DNA from: Psammoneis japonica
Taxonomy: Eukaryota
DNA: 64,000 nucleotides
Assembly (NCBI GenBank): GCA_008632985.1
Contig: QPGO01000034.1
Location: forward strand, 139,311-203,310
Direction of reading: 5' to 3'
The notes under the pieces were generated by a model. That model ran no database searches. It saw only the letters and a list, made by a program, of their open reading frames with translations, and was not told the origin of the DNA. Both the position numbers and the translations under genes were made by a program. Below, piece after piece: positions 12,815 to 25,099 of this stretch; the first letter of the stretch is position 1, and every line of letters starts with the position of its first letter.

Positions 12815-13254
12815 CTACTGCACCGGTAAGTGCATTTTGGGGATCAACTACGTTTTAAAACGAGCTTCCCTTTTCGATGATTTTTCTTTTCGGGATCGGC
12901 AAGATCGGCATCCATTTGAAGACATCTTTCGAAAATGACCCGTGATGTAAAACGCATAAATTAGAAGTACTTACAGTGTGGACGTCCGTAGAATCTACAC
13001 GTTTTTGTAAACTGTTATCGTTTCAAAACCTTTGCAAAAAGGACTTTACTGCAAACAAACTGATCAGGCGTTTCGCAGAATTAAAATTCACTAAGGGTAG
13101 ACGGACAGACAATTTCATATTTTCGCTGGTACTTTTCTACATAATTTCTACGTGTTTATGAAACAATGACTCTACGGCACGAAAGATTGCTATGCTGTTG
13201 AGGGTGCCCGCCCAATTTTTTTTTTCAACTTTTTGTCATCAACGCCCACCTCAC

Positions 13255-15037
13255 ATGAACACCACCGTTCCAATGTTTAGTTGGAAGCGTAAGTCTGAAA
13301 AGAGCGCAAGACATTACTACAAGGGTCGGAGTAGAGAGCCCGTATCATACAACGTAATGAGAAGGCATCCACCTCTTACGACGCTCATGGACGAAGAAAA
13401 TGGATGGAACACACCTCCGGCGACACCGCGACGAAAGTTGCGGTCGACACCCTCGCGCAATGTAGTTGACCACTCGAGAGCTTGTGTTTCGTTTCGAAGG
13501 TTATGGCTACGGCTACGTAGTCTTCCACCTCGCCTAAGATGGACTTTGATAGTTGGCGCTGTCTTTTTTATTGGTCTGCTCTCAGGATTAACAGATAGCG
13601 ACATGCCTCAACCATCTCGGCAAGCACAGCCGCAACGTCCTCAGACGCCTCCCATTCAACGTGAAACTGAAACCATTCCACAAGAAAAATATAAGAAAAC
13701 AAATAAAGCTTCATCAAACTGGGATCCCGTTTCAGTATTCCGAGCAAGGCCGCTCATGGTTGAAGTTGCGTCTGATCTGAGCCACGCGGAGGCCAGAAGT
13801 ATCAGATCTTCAGGCATCCCAGTAATCATGGATTTCGACACGGAAAATTACATGTTCGAAAACAAATACATGTCGAGAAGTCACACTAGAGATGGCTGCA
13901 TATATCTGGCGGATTGGCAAAAATCGCATCATCCCACATGTGCGTTATTTCATGAAATCGACCTGAACGCATTTACTCGTACTTTGCAAAATCACGCTCA
14001 TGATGATTCCGACGAAATGAACTTTGCCCTTGTCAACAATGGAGCTTATCGGGATGTATGGATGATTCGCGATTGGGATGGAGCAAAGCGAGCACTCAAG
14101 ACTTTGCGATACACAAAAAAGCGAGAGTTTGACCCGCGAAACTTTGAAAGGCATCGTCGAGACGCTGTTGCTCTCGAACAATTGTCAGGTTCCAAACTGA
14201 TCGCTTCCATTTATGGTTTCTGTGGCAATTCTGCATTGGCAGATTACTCGACTGGTGGGGATTTGTATGCATTTATGGAAAGCAATCCCACTGACCTTGA
14301 ACGACTGCGCGTAGCCGTCGTCATTGCGGAATCCATCGCTGATGCGCACCATTTCGACGAGAAAGGACGGGCGACAATTGCACACACTGATATCAAGCCT
14401 AATCAGTGGATCAGCATAAACGGCACATATGTACTCAATGACTTCAATCGAGCTAGGCTCCTAACATGGGATCCTCGGGGCGATGAACACTGTGGTTTTA
14501 CCGTCCAAAAGAATGCCGGTGTGGTAAGTGCGGAGTAAATAGTCGTCGTCTTTCTCGCTCTTTCTATTTTGGAGGCTAATCACTTTACTTTACATACCTG
14601 CCATTTGAACTGATGCGGTCATTTAGTGGAGAAGTCCCGAAGAATACCAATATAGTGACGAAACTGAAAAGGTGGATGGTAAGGATTGTGCTGTGTGTTC
14701 CTTTTTTCTCTCATTTGTTGTTGTTTCTTGTCTCATGATTTGCGATCCATCTCTTTTTAAAGTCTATTCAATGGGAAACACACTGTACTACATACTGACA
14801 GAAAATACTCCTTTTGATGGTAGCTCGAAGGAGGCCGCAAAAGGCGTAAGGTTCGGCAAGCGACCGCTGATTGACGATGAAATCCGCAACAGCACCGACC
14901 CTTACCATGTAGCCATGGTAAAGGCTATCGAGATGTGCTTTGAACACGATCCGAAGAAGAGAGCAAACGCGCGGGCAGTGATGGAAGTGCTGAAAGCAGC
15001 TCTCGATGAGGCCGCCACAAGTTCCCGTGAGGACTAG
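13255..15037 (+). CDS. Protein kinase-like paralog of 9528-11006; introns 14524-14626 and 14679-14762
   Basis: Motifs TCALFHE, GAYRDVW, ALKTLR, RHRRDAVALE, IAHTDIKPNQW and VLNDFNRAR. GT-AG splicing restores WRSPEEY and EKVDVYSMGN in frame. Confidence 0.9.
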
Positions 15038-15199
15038 CAACTCTCTAGATACATAGGCACGCGACTCTAGCTACAGCAATCGCCACTAAATGCACATCAG
15101 CAGGGCTAGAGGGATACCAAAGTAATAATAGAGAGTACCACTGCTCATCCCTATGTAAAAGTTAGTACCAGGTAGAGCTACTGTCTCTAGAGAGAGTAG

Positions 15200-17480
15200 C
15201 TACTCTGGTGTACTACTCGTATAACGACGTGGGTACAGCAGTACACATGAAAATGTTAGGGGTCGTTTAACCGGGCATTTTCCGCCATCTGTGCGCGAGA
15301 TTCGAATGGAATCTGGCGCCGTAACCCAGCAGTGGTGGGGTTTTGGTCGTCTTGGGAGTTTGCCACCGACAGTGTCTGGGGACAGGGAGTCAACATTCCG
15401 CTTTGACAAGTGGAATTCGGCTCAAGCAGAACCATTCAGTGTCTGAAAAGGACAAACCAGTGCCATCCTCCCACTGGGGATGCCTGGAGATGATCTGAGA
15501 CAAAGGGATGCATGAACCTTTGGGCAACAATGGGTTGCCCACCATTGTGACACTCATTCTTGTGTTGATGCAGCTGCATGCTTCTGAGTGTGGCTTTTGC
15601 CATTCATCAGCCAGTCTTGAAGAGATCATGTGGAGCACTGCTGTTGCCTCTTTGCCCAGCAGCCCAACATCGCATGACACCATGAAAAAAGCACAACGAC
15701 AATGTTGGTCAAGGCAAAGCTTGAGACACTCACTTTTTCCCTGTTGTTCATGGTCTGTTAGAACCTCTTCCAGTGTCTTGGACAGGTGCAACTTTGCGTC
15801 TGTGTCCAGCACACGAACATCCACAACCGTGCCTGTCATTCTGCCCCAGAGTCTGCAAGTGCCAGAATGTCTCCACAGTTGCCATCTTTCAGCTTGTTGG
15901 GATTGTGCACCTGGTGGACCATTGGAGTTGCTTGGGCTTCCTGAGATGCAACTGGGGTTGATGAGAGGTTTGTCGTAGATGCAGGAGGGCTTGCAAGCCT
16001 CTCCAATTGGGCCACCTGGGTCACCGCTCAACACTTTGTCATGTTGTGAGATGACCAGACCAACCTTCTTGCTTGTGCTGAAGGGCATGGTTGATGGAGC
16101 ATTTGCACTCACATCCACCACAAAGCTTGGGAAGGTCTGTCACAGCATTGTCATTCTGCAGACACAGCGTGTCTTGGAAATCTTGGCATGAGAGCTCTGT
16201 GCCACACACTGCTGATGGGTGTGCTGACAGCCACACTCTGGTCTTGGTGCTGCATTTCATGGCTCAGTCTTGATGTCCAACAGAAATTTGAGGATCTTTT
16301 TGAGGGTTTTCTCATGCATTTTTTGTTTGGCTGCTTCTTGTTTCACTGCACATGCACAGTGTCCTTGTGAACTGAGTCCATCATGTGCAAGCATGAAAGA
16401 GCACTCGCTTCATGGTTTTGTGTCACAGACTGCTTCCCAGACAAAAAGGGATGGACGATCCTGCAAATTTTATCAGGAGGGTAGAGGGAGCAGTCTTGGG
16501 TCATTGTCATCAGCCAAGGTCTTGCCAGCCAGTGCTGGAAAAAGTTCTTGCTGAATCATGTGCTCTGCTTCTGCAAAAGATTCAGCGCAGTCCTCCTCAG
16601 CTGCACATTGAGCACAAGCTGCTGACACTGTGGGGACTTTTGCAGACCAGCACAGGCAGTCTGTGGGTGGTGAGTTGCAGTCTTGGTGAGAGTCCTTGGA
16701 CAATGACCAACCAAGGCCCACAGCTTGGCTTGTTCTGGCGCCGGCCATTGGCTGCACGCTTCAGTCTCACCAACAAACAACAAGCCTCCAAGGCAGCAAT
16801 CACCTGAAGTGATGGCAAAGCCAAGTGCTCCAAAGTGGGCCCTGGCATTTTTCAGATTGTGCTCTGGGGAACTGCCAGGATGTTGGAGTTGTTGGTGGGG
16901 TGGCATCTGTGCTTCGGGCCTTTGACTTGGAGGGTTGAGAAAATGTCCTGGAGGAGCACATTGATTTTCCCACACTGCTGCAGAGTTGTCAGCATGTCAA
17001 GAGGAATGTGCAAGCATGCAAAGCACTTGCTCAGCTGTTGGACCAGTGGAAGGAGTTGTGGTCCATGAGCTGCCATGCCAAATGGGTCACCCTGTCGCAG
17101 GCGCCTTCCTTCAACAGCACGAAAGCAGTGGCAAAGTGTCCGCAGATGCTGAGCACTTACAAACAGTTGAAAAGGTGGGCCTTGTGTGCCAGATGGTGTC
17201 CAAAGGTGTCTGACATTGTGCAACACTGGAGTCCTGTTGTTCTCTTTGTTGAACACATTGGAGGTGTCAATGAAAAGAAATCCATGGTCATCTTTGAACA
17301 CTTGCTTTGGCCTCTCTTTCAGCAACCAGGAGAGAACGACTTTGGCCATGGCTGTCTGCTGTGCCTCTCCTGCACTGGCTAGACGGACGCCCAGATTTTC
17401 ATCTGTTGGAGCAGCCAGTCGCTTTGCCATGAGTGCACAGCAGGTGGCAATGTGGCGACTCACATTTTTTGTGAACATTC
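15200..17480 (-). mobile_element. Degenerate CRE-like non-LTR retrotransposon (RT, zinc finger, restriction-like endonuclease), 5'-truncated
   Basis: Broken frames give FLFIDTSNVFN, QGDPFGMAAHG, HPQTACAGLQKS, WLSAHPSAVCGTELSCQDFQD, DLPKLCGGC...HAL, DVRVLDTDAK, GLLGKEA and RHPQWEDGTGL. Confidence 0.85.
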
Positions 17481-17742
17481 ACAACGCTTGCGTCTGGCTG
17501 AAATTCACAACCGCCAAGACCTGGAATTCATAAAATATATTCATATCCATATATCTTCTTCATGGCTGTTCATCAAGAATAATCCAGTGCGTTCAGCCGC
17601 AATGAGGCAATGGTGACACAGCGCAGATCGCCCATGGACACCGGACCAGTCTAAAGCCATACCCAGGTATGGGTACATCGCGTTTCTAGCGTTGGATGTT
17701 GGGAATTCATCGGATTAAAAGAACTAGAAAGGAAAGGACACA

Positions 17743-20184
17743 ATGTCAGATGTTGCCGATGTCGCAAGTCTAAGCGAAGGAGCGATCCCGTGCAGTGACC
17801 TTGGGAAAGATGATGATTCTTGCTGCGACGATCCGTTGTTGCCTTTTCTCCACGGGTCACCTCACATACGGGATTCTCTTTTGACGGATGGGTATTGCTT
17901 GCTGAAATCGGTCTTAACTGACGAAGAGTGCCAAACTGCAGTTGACTCGATCTGGGATTTTGTGGAAGATGTGAGTGGTGCGGTGGTGAATCGGTCGGAA
18001 CCTCAAACTTGGTATCCTTCATCTGTTGACGCAAGCGATGATCCTTGGCCGCATACTGGTTACAAATCTTTTTCAGACATGTTTCAATCATGCGGGGCCG
18101 GCTTTTTGATGGGGCCTGTACGGGAAGCTTTAGCCGAAAGAGTATTTGAACCCCTTTATCAAACTCGAGAGTTGCATGCTAGTAAAGAAGGCTTCACATT
18201 CCATCGCCCGACTGCCCCATGTGACGAGGATGCTTCGGTTCCTCCTGAATCCTGGGTACAAGGCATTCTCAATCGTCAAGGCCCTATGGTCTGTGGCGAG
18301 CGACAGAATAAGGCCGTTGGTGAGCACTATGATCAAGCTCATTCTTCGAGGGGATTGCATACAATTCAATCGTTAGTAGCTTTGGAGGACCAGCAGAATG
18401 GCGTTGATGGCTGCTTTCTATGTTACCCAAAATCACACGGGGACGTGCACCAGGCATTAACAAGAGACACCTACAGAGGCAAAAATGTTTGGGTCCCACT
18501 CACAGATGACGACATTGTCCGGCTGGAGGACGAGTTTCAATTAGCGCCAAAGCGAATCTACCTTTCTAAGGGTGACATGATCATTTGGAGATCGGATTTG
18601 GCCCATACGCCCTTACCGCCGTCAGGTCTCACTAGGAGATTTCGGGCTGTTGCATATACCAGTATGCAGCCTTCTTGCTTGACGCCGCCTCATGTTATGG
18701 ACGAGAAGATGGTTGCCTACAAAGAACGAAGGACAGGGGACCACAGACCGCACGTAGAAAGCTGGCATTCACATCGACGAGATGATAGCGCTCATCACCG
18801 GCCGTACTATCGGCATACCCCACCGTTAGTAAGCGAGCGATTGGCAGAACTCTATGGCCTCATCGCCTACTCGCGTGGGGAGCAGGAAATGCAACGTGCT
18901 GTGATTCGTGGTGTCCGATTTCGCAACACAGAGCCTATAGAGAAGTTACCTGTGGCGCCATGTCCAGCTCGGCTCGAGTATATCGCATCGCATGCAGGAT
19001 GTGATCTGGTGGGACAAGATAAGTACCTAGGGGGCATGGCATCACCATGTGGACGTTACATCTATGGGGTGCCTGGGACCGCAAAGCGTTTACTACGTAT
19101 TCACACGGAAACAGGAAAAATGGACATGATTGGTCCATCTTACGACGGCAAGTTCAAGTGGCTTCGTGGCGTCGAAATCCCTGCCAATGTAATGGGATGT
19201 TCCTTGTATCCAAGAGGATGCTGTCTAGCTCTTCCAAGCAATACAAATTCCATACTAAAAGTGAATCCTGAAACCGACGAGGTGTACACATTTGGAGGAG
19301 AGACACTGGACCAAGCTGAAGGCAATGGATGGCTTTATCACGGTGGAAACCTGGCTGCCAACGGCTTTGTCTATGCGATCCCTGCAAACGCCGATCGTGT
19401 GCTCAAGATTGACCCACGCAGCGACGAAGTTAGTTTTATTGGCCCTGCTTATCCCGGGAGGCAGAAATGGTTTGGAGGCATCGTCGGTAGTGATGGAAAG
19501 ATATATGGTATACCCCATAACCACGTCGGCGTGTTGCAGATCGACCCCGAGACTGACACTTGTGCCGTTCTGCTACAAAGCGGTAGCCGCCCATTGCCGT
19601 CGGGTCGATGGAAATGGCATGGAGGACTCCGAGCTGGTCATAAGATATACGGTTTTCCCAACAACTCCAACGAAGTGCTCGTTGTTGACACAGAACAAAG
19701 CAGGGTGTACACGGTCGGGAAGGAGAATAATCTAGAGAGTGGCCGACACCGCATACCTCAGGATGGTCGATACAAATGGTTGGGAGGCGCCCTGACGCTG
19801 GATGGAAAGTATGCATATTTATTTCCATGCGATGCCGAGCGGGTCCTGAGGATTGACGCGGCTACGGATGATTTGTCGCTGGTGGGACCAGAGTTGTTGG
19901 ACGGCGAAAATAAGTATCAGAACGGCTTTGTTGGACGCGATGGGTGTCTGTATGGAATCCCTCAACGAGCAACAGGAATCTTGCGCATTATCCCTCCAGG
20001 AATAGGCGGCGTTGGAGACGAGGAGCACGTGGATGTCATGTATTGTGGCGACGAGATGGTCGGAGTAAAGGATAAATTTGAAGGTGGTGTCTTGGGATTG
20101 GATGGATGCATATATTGCATTCCCTTGAGGAGCAGAATATGCGTGAAGATCATCCCAGGAGCAGAACATCACCCCGGGCTGTAG
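17743..20184 (+). CDS. PhyH-like Fe(II)/2OG dioxygenase domain fused to a beta-propeller-like repeat domain (813 aa)
   Basis: N-terminal half has DGYCLLKSVL, HYDQ, IQSLVALEDQ and GDMIIWRSDLAH (HxD...H triad). C-terminal half has about 7 repeats of KW.GG...DG.IY.IP..A.RVL.IDP. Confidence 0.85.
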   Translation: MSDVADVASLSEGAIPCSDLGKDDDSCCDDPLLPFLHGSPHIRDSLLTDGYCLLKSVLTDEECQTAVDSIWDFVEDVSGAVVNRSEPQTWYPSSVDASDDPWPHTGYKSFSDMFQSCGAGFLMGPVREALAERVFEPLYQTRELHASKEGFTFHRPTAPCDEDASVPPESWVQGILNRQGPMVCGERQNKAVGEHYDQAHSSRGLHTIQSLVALEDQQNGVDGCFLCYPKSHGDVHQALTRDTYRGKNVWVPLTDDDIVRLEDEFQLAPKRIYLSKGDMIIWRSDLAHTPLPPSGLTRRFRAVAYTSMQPSCLTPPHVMDEKMVAYKERRTGDHRPHVESWHSHRRDDSAHHRPYYRHTPPLVSERLAELYGLIAYSRGEQEMQRAVIRGVRFRNTEPIEKLPVAPCPARLEYIASHAGCDLVGQDKYLGGMASPCGRYIYGVPGTAKRLLRIHTETGKMDMIGPSYDGKFKWLRGVEIPANVMGCSLYPRGCCLALPSNTNSILKVNPETDEVYTFGGETLDQAEGNGWLYHGGNLAANGFVYAIPANADRVLKIDPRSDEVSFIGPAYPGRQKWFGGIVGSDGKIYGIPHNHVGVLQIDPETDTCAVLLQSGSRPLPSGRWKWHGGLRAGHKIYGFPNNSNEVLVVDTEQSRVYTVGKENNLESGRHRIPQDGRYKWLGGALTLDGKYAYLFPCDAERVLRIDAATDDLSLVGPELLDGENKYQNGFVGRDGCLYGIPQRATGILRIIPPGIGGVGDEEHVDVMYCGDEMVGVKDKFEGGVLGLDGCIYCIPLRSRICVKIIPGAEHHPGL

Positions 20185-20242
20185 AGAAAGGCGCAGATTT
20201 GAGAGTGGTTCGTTTTGTTTTGTATTGTCCTTGTTATCGATG

Positions 20243-20857
20243 TCACGGAAAAATCTTGAATGAGAAAGGTTCCAAAGCTTCCTTCGGATCCATTGGTCCG
20301 ATATCTGTCCACAAACCTTGCTCTATCTCCTCGTTCAACTCGTTTGCCTCCCACCTGAGGTATTTGTAAAAAAACTTAAATTGATTTGATTCAATCTTCC
20401 CGCTCTCAATGAGATCAGTCGCTTGCTCAATATTTCCTCCTAAGAAGAGCGGTCCATCTGCGGCAAGCAGTGGGGAACTCCCGCTCAGTTCTTCCACATT
20501 GTGCAACCAAAACCAAGGTGACATGTCCGCAATAACAATGTTGCTATCAAAATCTGTGTGCATACCGCATCCCATCATCAGAGCGTTATCCCCAAAAATG
20601 CGAAACCTAGGTATTGCTAGGTCCGATAGGTGAAGAGGAGTTGCTTGATTGATAACTAGTCCTCCGGTCCCGGTCCCCTCTGCCGCCTCATGCTCAAAAA
20701 TGACAACTCTGCAGGGAGGAATCGAACTGCCCCCTCTCGTACGTGTGAGACCAGTGCCTGGCTTGACGTTGACACCAAGAGAATCTACTGTGCACGAGAT
20801 TGACACGAAAACGAACGAAATCCAGAGAACGCAAATCCTCGTATCACTAAGATTCAT
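20243..20857 (-). CDS. YqgE/AlgH (DUF179/UPF0301)-like protein with N-terminal signal peptide
   Basis: Motifs GTGGLVINQ and FKFFYKYLRWEANELNEEIEQGLW. Hydrophobic N-terminus. Confidence 0.7.
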   Translation of the reverse strand: MNLSDTRICVLWISFVFVSISCTVDSLGVNVKPGTGLTRTRGGSSIPPCRVVIFEHEAAEGTGTGGLVINQATPLHLSDLAIPRFRIFGDNALMMGCGMHTDFDSNIVIADMSPWFWLHNVEELSGSSPLLAADGPLFLGGNIEQATDLIESGKIESNQFKFFYKYLRWEANELNEEIEQGLWTDIGPMDPKEALEPFSFKIFP

Positions 20858-21061
20858 TATGGCGGTGGTGTTGTGATGAACTCTGTGATGTTGTCACATC
20901 ATCAGACATCTCGCTCTTTCAACTTGTGCATGAGAGAGATTGAAGATGTGAGAAGATGCTATGAGCGATGACACATCCGGACTCCGGACTCCGGACAGAG
21001 AAAATCAAAAAATCGCGCGCTCGCTTTTCGCTTTCAGCTTTGCAAAGCGATCTCAAAATCA

Positions 21062-23205
21062 ATGACCATGACTGTGAAACGAATCGCGGCGACCATTGCG
21101 GTGCCCTACCTCCTTGGGTGGGCGTTGTCTTCTTTTGTTCTTCCTGTTGACTACTTCAGTAGATGGAAGTATTCGGAGCAACCGTCGCTCGATGATCGAA
21201 AGCTGATGGCGACCGAGAGTATCGTGCATGAGGAGAACGTACAAGTGGAGGAGGACGAATGCGAAGAAAGCTTGGATACTTACTTGTTTGATGAATCCGG
21301 AAACATTAACAACCCCTTCGGGGTGTGGATCTCGTTTTACATCTTAACGGGGATCCAGAATCTTGCGGTTCTTCCTCTGATGATACTGACATTGTTTCAG
21401 CCATGAAATCAGCTACAGGCGAATTTGACTACTGCCCCGAGGAATACGACGATTATGACTTTGAGGCTTATCTGACGATCATGCTTGCCGACCATATTCT
21501 AGCATCCGATGAATGTAATTCGCCTGATGACTCGCGGGGGCCACCAGGACTCTATGGATACTGCGATATGGGTCCCGACAGAACGCCAAAATTGCACGAT
21601 CATGAATTTCTCGTTCCAGTTCCCTCAGGTTCTAACGGAGAAATGAGTCTTCCCTGTCACTTTCACACTCGCGAAGGACTGCGCATCTCATCTATAGATG
21701 ATCTTGTAGACTTAGCTCTCAAAGCACAAGCTGCGGGAACTTGTGAGCCAGGCCACGAGGAGTGTACACCCACCACAACCGAGGTCCACTTGTACGCTGT
21801 TCCTGCTGGGAGACTTTTTATGTTTGCTCCATCATCCGTGGGGGAAATATTTGCACTTCCGCACGTTGAAGTGGATAGTGGACTCCCTGTTTATTTGGAA
21901 GTCTTGTCTCTTTCCCCGCGCGTTTTTGACATTCACAACTTCTTCGATCGGTCGGAATCAGAAAGTTTGATCGAAAGAGCACTCGCAGAAACTTCCGACA
22001 CCCACAAATTGCAGCGGAGCACTACAGGTGCATCGTCAAACTCAATCTTTTCAAAACGAACGTCAGAGAGTGGATTTGATACCCATGGTGAAACTGCATT
22101 AAAGGTGAAAAAGTGAGTATGGGATAGAAGTCCAGATGAACTTTCTCTGTCTGCTAGATCTCACCCTGTCGTGTGTTTCCAACCACGCAACGAAGACGGT
22201 GCATGTCAGTCCTGGGGTGGTCGGACTACATAGAAGGACACACAGATGGTCTGCAAATTCTACGCTACAACTTGACGAAGGCGTACATTCCACATATGGA
22301 TTACTTAGATGCTGACAGTTCTGGTGGTTATAACTATGATTCAGCAGGTGTTGGTGGAAACCGCTATGCGACAATCCTTTTGTATATGAGTGACTTGGGG
22401 GAGCATGATGGTGGCGAGACTGTTTTTACGCACGGTTGGCCGGTTGGTCAACCTGAAGACGAACATGTCCAGCTGCCCGAGGTGCGAAAGTCGTAGTATG
22501 GTAGAGTTATTCGGTCTCGTCTCCCACGCCGGAAATTCTGACTTTTGCCAATTGCACTCTTTTTCATTAGGCTCTTGCAGAGCTTCGAGAGTCAGGTGAT
22601 GCTGCTGCGCTCGAGGAAGGCTCGTGGGAAGAAGAAATGGTGGCCCAATGCCGATCCAGGTTGGCAGTCCGACCCAATAGTGCTCGTGCCGTCCTTTTCT
22701 ACTCACAGAACCCTGATGGGACTCCGGACAAAAAGTCGCTTCATGGCGGATGTCCTGTATTGCGAACTGAAAATGGGCTGCAAACCTCTGGGCTTGGAAT
22801 GCTCCCCGTGAAGGATTTGACGGGTAAAGTTCACAGCTTTCGTACCCATTTCCTCATTCTTTGTACGCATTCACCTCTCAACGCTTCGTTTCTGTTTTCT
22901 TAAGAGCCCCATTTGTAGATGACGGAGACGATAGAGACCATGCTGCCCCAGCTACAGGTCCACCACAACTGAGCGGCCGCTTTGTCAATAGCGGAAAGGA
23001 TCCTGCGTTGAAGAAGGCGGATCTATACTATGAAGACACATATTGGGGGCCACTCGGGCATGGGGACCCGCCGTTGCTTACGAACACATACGAGGGACAC
23101 AGATGGAACATTCGGGTGGACGGCAAAGTTGTGAAGCGCTTTACCATTGGTTCTGATCCAAGGCAAACCTTCAAATTTGAAAGGATCATCGTCGTAGGAT
23201 GGTAG
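21062..23205 (+). CDS. Prolyl 4-hydroxylase family protein; introns 22113-22195, 22482-22570 and ~22824-22904; two apparent assembly frameshifts
   Basis: Motifs PRVFDIHNFF, DGLQILRYN, YIPHMDY, NRYATILLYMSD, GGETVF, SLHGGCPVL and KWAANLW. Frame breaks at ~21325 and ~22770, the second in an A-run. Confidence 0.85.
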
Positions 23206-23272
23206 TTCAGCGAGAGTAGATCTCTTACATTAGAAACCACTTAAATTAAACTTGGCTCTCCACATCATCCGT

Positions 23273-24771
23273 CTACTCGTCCTTGTAGTAATAAATTGGC
23301 CACCGAATTAAACTTGTTCCTTTCTTCTCTGTGTACAGAAATCCATTCTCGGTATTGTCAGCATATTGCGGAATGGCGGTGGGCCGGGTTCTTCCGTAGC
23401 GATCATGATTCGTCCTGGCAGTATCGAATGGTTCGTTTCCTGAAAGATGGTGATAGGTATCACGTTCAACTGACTGAAATCGATGCGTGACGGGAACACG
23501 AACAAACTTTCCCAGTTCCTTCTCGTATTCTAGCATTTGTCGATCACGTTCTGCCACCGCCGCTCGGAGCTTTGCAATCTTCTCATTTGCCTCCTTTTCC
23601 AATTTCTTGATTGCATCGTCACTCGCTTTCTGGTCGTTTTGAATGGTGGTCAGCTTCTCTTCACAGGAGTCACGTACCTTTGCCATGTTAAGCTTGTGTT
23701 GATAATCCTTAAACGTGGCACTGTGGCTTGCCGCTGAGAGACACTTATCGAGTAGCTCCGCAAGCATCGGCGACGGCAGTTCCTTCAAGCTTGCGCCCCC
23801 CAGGTTTTCTCCTTGCGTCAGGTTTTCCCAGGAATGAGCCAATACCTTGATGCATCTTTTTTGCAAACATGATGGCGGAGATGATTCGCAAGTCTTTCTT
23901 ATGGCAGCTTCCAGTTGCAGCAAGAGTAAGGCCGCAGTCCGATGAATGAGCGGCATGTGTGCTTTTGACGTGAGCTGGTCAAATTCTTCAACGTCCAATT
24001 CATCCTGGTGATGGTTGCAATAGGCAGCCACAAGGATGCTTATATCTGAGCTCTCATCGCACGTATCGATCTCGGTTGAAGACAGAATCCTCATGAAGAA
24101 GGATGGGTCTATCGACTTCAAAAGAGGGGACGACTTGTTCATGTTGCGAATATTACGCACACATGTATCGGCAGCCATGGAAAGCAATCGTTCATCGTGA
24201 AAGATAAGAGCATCTTGAATGTATGTTGAAACTGTCTCCAGTTTCATGTCCGTTCGGACAAACTCATTGACCTTGGAACGGAGAAGCCTTACGCCAAAGT
24301 ACTGGGCCAAGTACCGGAGTGCAACAGCCTTGTCTGTAGTAATTTCAATCGCATTTTGCGGAGAATACATAAAATCCAAAAGAGAAGGGAAAACCTTGGC
24401 CGCCTCATCTTCCATAGTAATGCGACTTGTGTTTGTATCAGATTCCTTCAGTCGGCTTGCATTTCTGAAAAGACTGGCAAAGTAATCGCTTTTGCTGCGA
24501 CCCACAGCAAGAATGTTTCGATGCACATTGTAAGTTTCACATGCGCAGCTGTGCAGAGAAGAAACTACAATTGTCCAATCGCTGAGACTTTCTTGCGAAT
24601 CCATTCTCCACGTCAGGGGCTCCTCTTCACTTTCGTTGTCTTGAAAGTCTTCGAGATCTTCCGCAGCAACATCATAGGAATCAATAGAAGAGTTCTTACG
24701 CACAGGGCCTCTGACATCAAGAGGTTCCTCTTCCTCTAGGTGCCTTGGCTTGAACTACTGTCTTCCGACAT
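23273..24771 (-). CDS. BTB/POZ domain protein with C-terminal coiled coil
   Basis: Motifs WRMDSQESLSDWTIVV, YNVHRNILAVG..KSDYFASLF and FPSLLDFMY. The ATG at 24771 joins the ORF if one C is restored in ggcacc(c)tagag. Confidence 0.85.
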
Positions 24772-25099
24772 TATGCTATAAAACAAGAGGACGACGAGAA
24801 GGTGCAGAGCAATCTAAAATCTAAACTGCTGGAGCACAACGCGTAACGGTACCTCCTCCATGTTCGCCGCCAAAACCTGCATCTCGCTCCACTTTTTTCT
24901 CTTTCTGTGTGTCCCGTAGCAGTCCCGTAGAGATACCCATCATTGAATGAAATTAATTCTTGTATAGTTTCATATTCATTTTCATAGTCTTCAGAGATTG
25001 ATATGTTGATAACTCTTTTAGATCTTGCGCGCGGAAAAGCGCGCACCGCATTGGAGAGATCCTTGTTTCCTTTCGCCTTTCGCACAAAACGCTGAAGCA

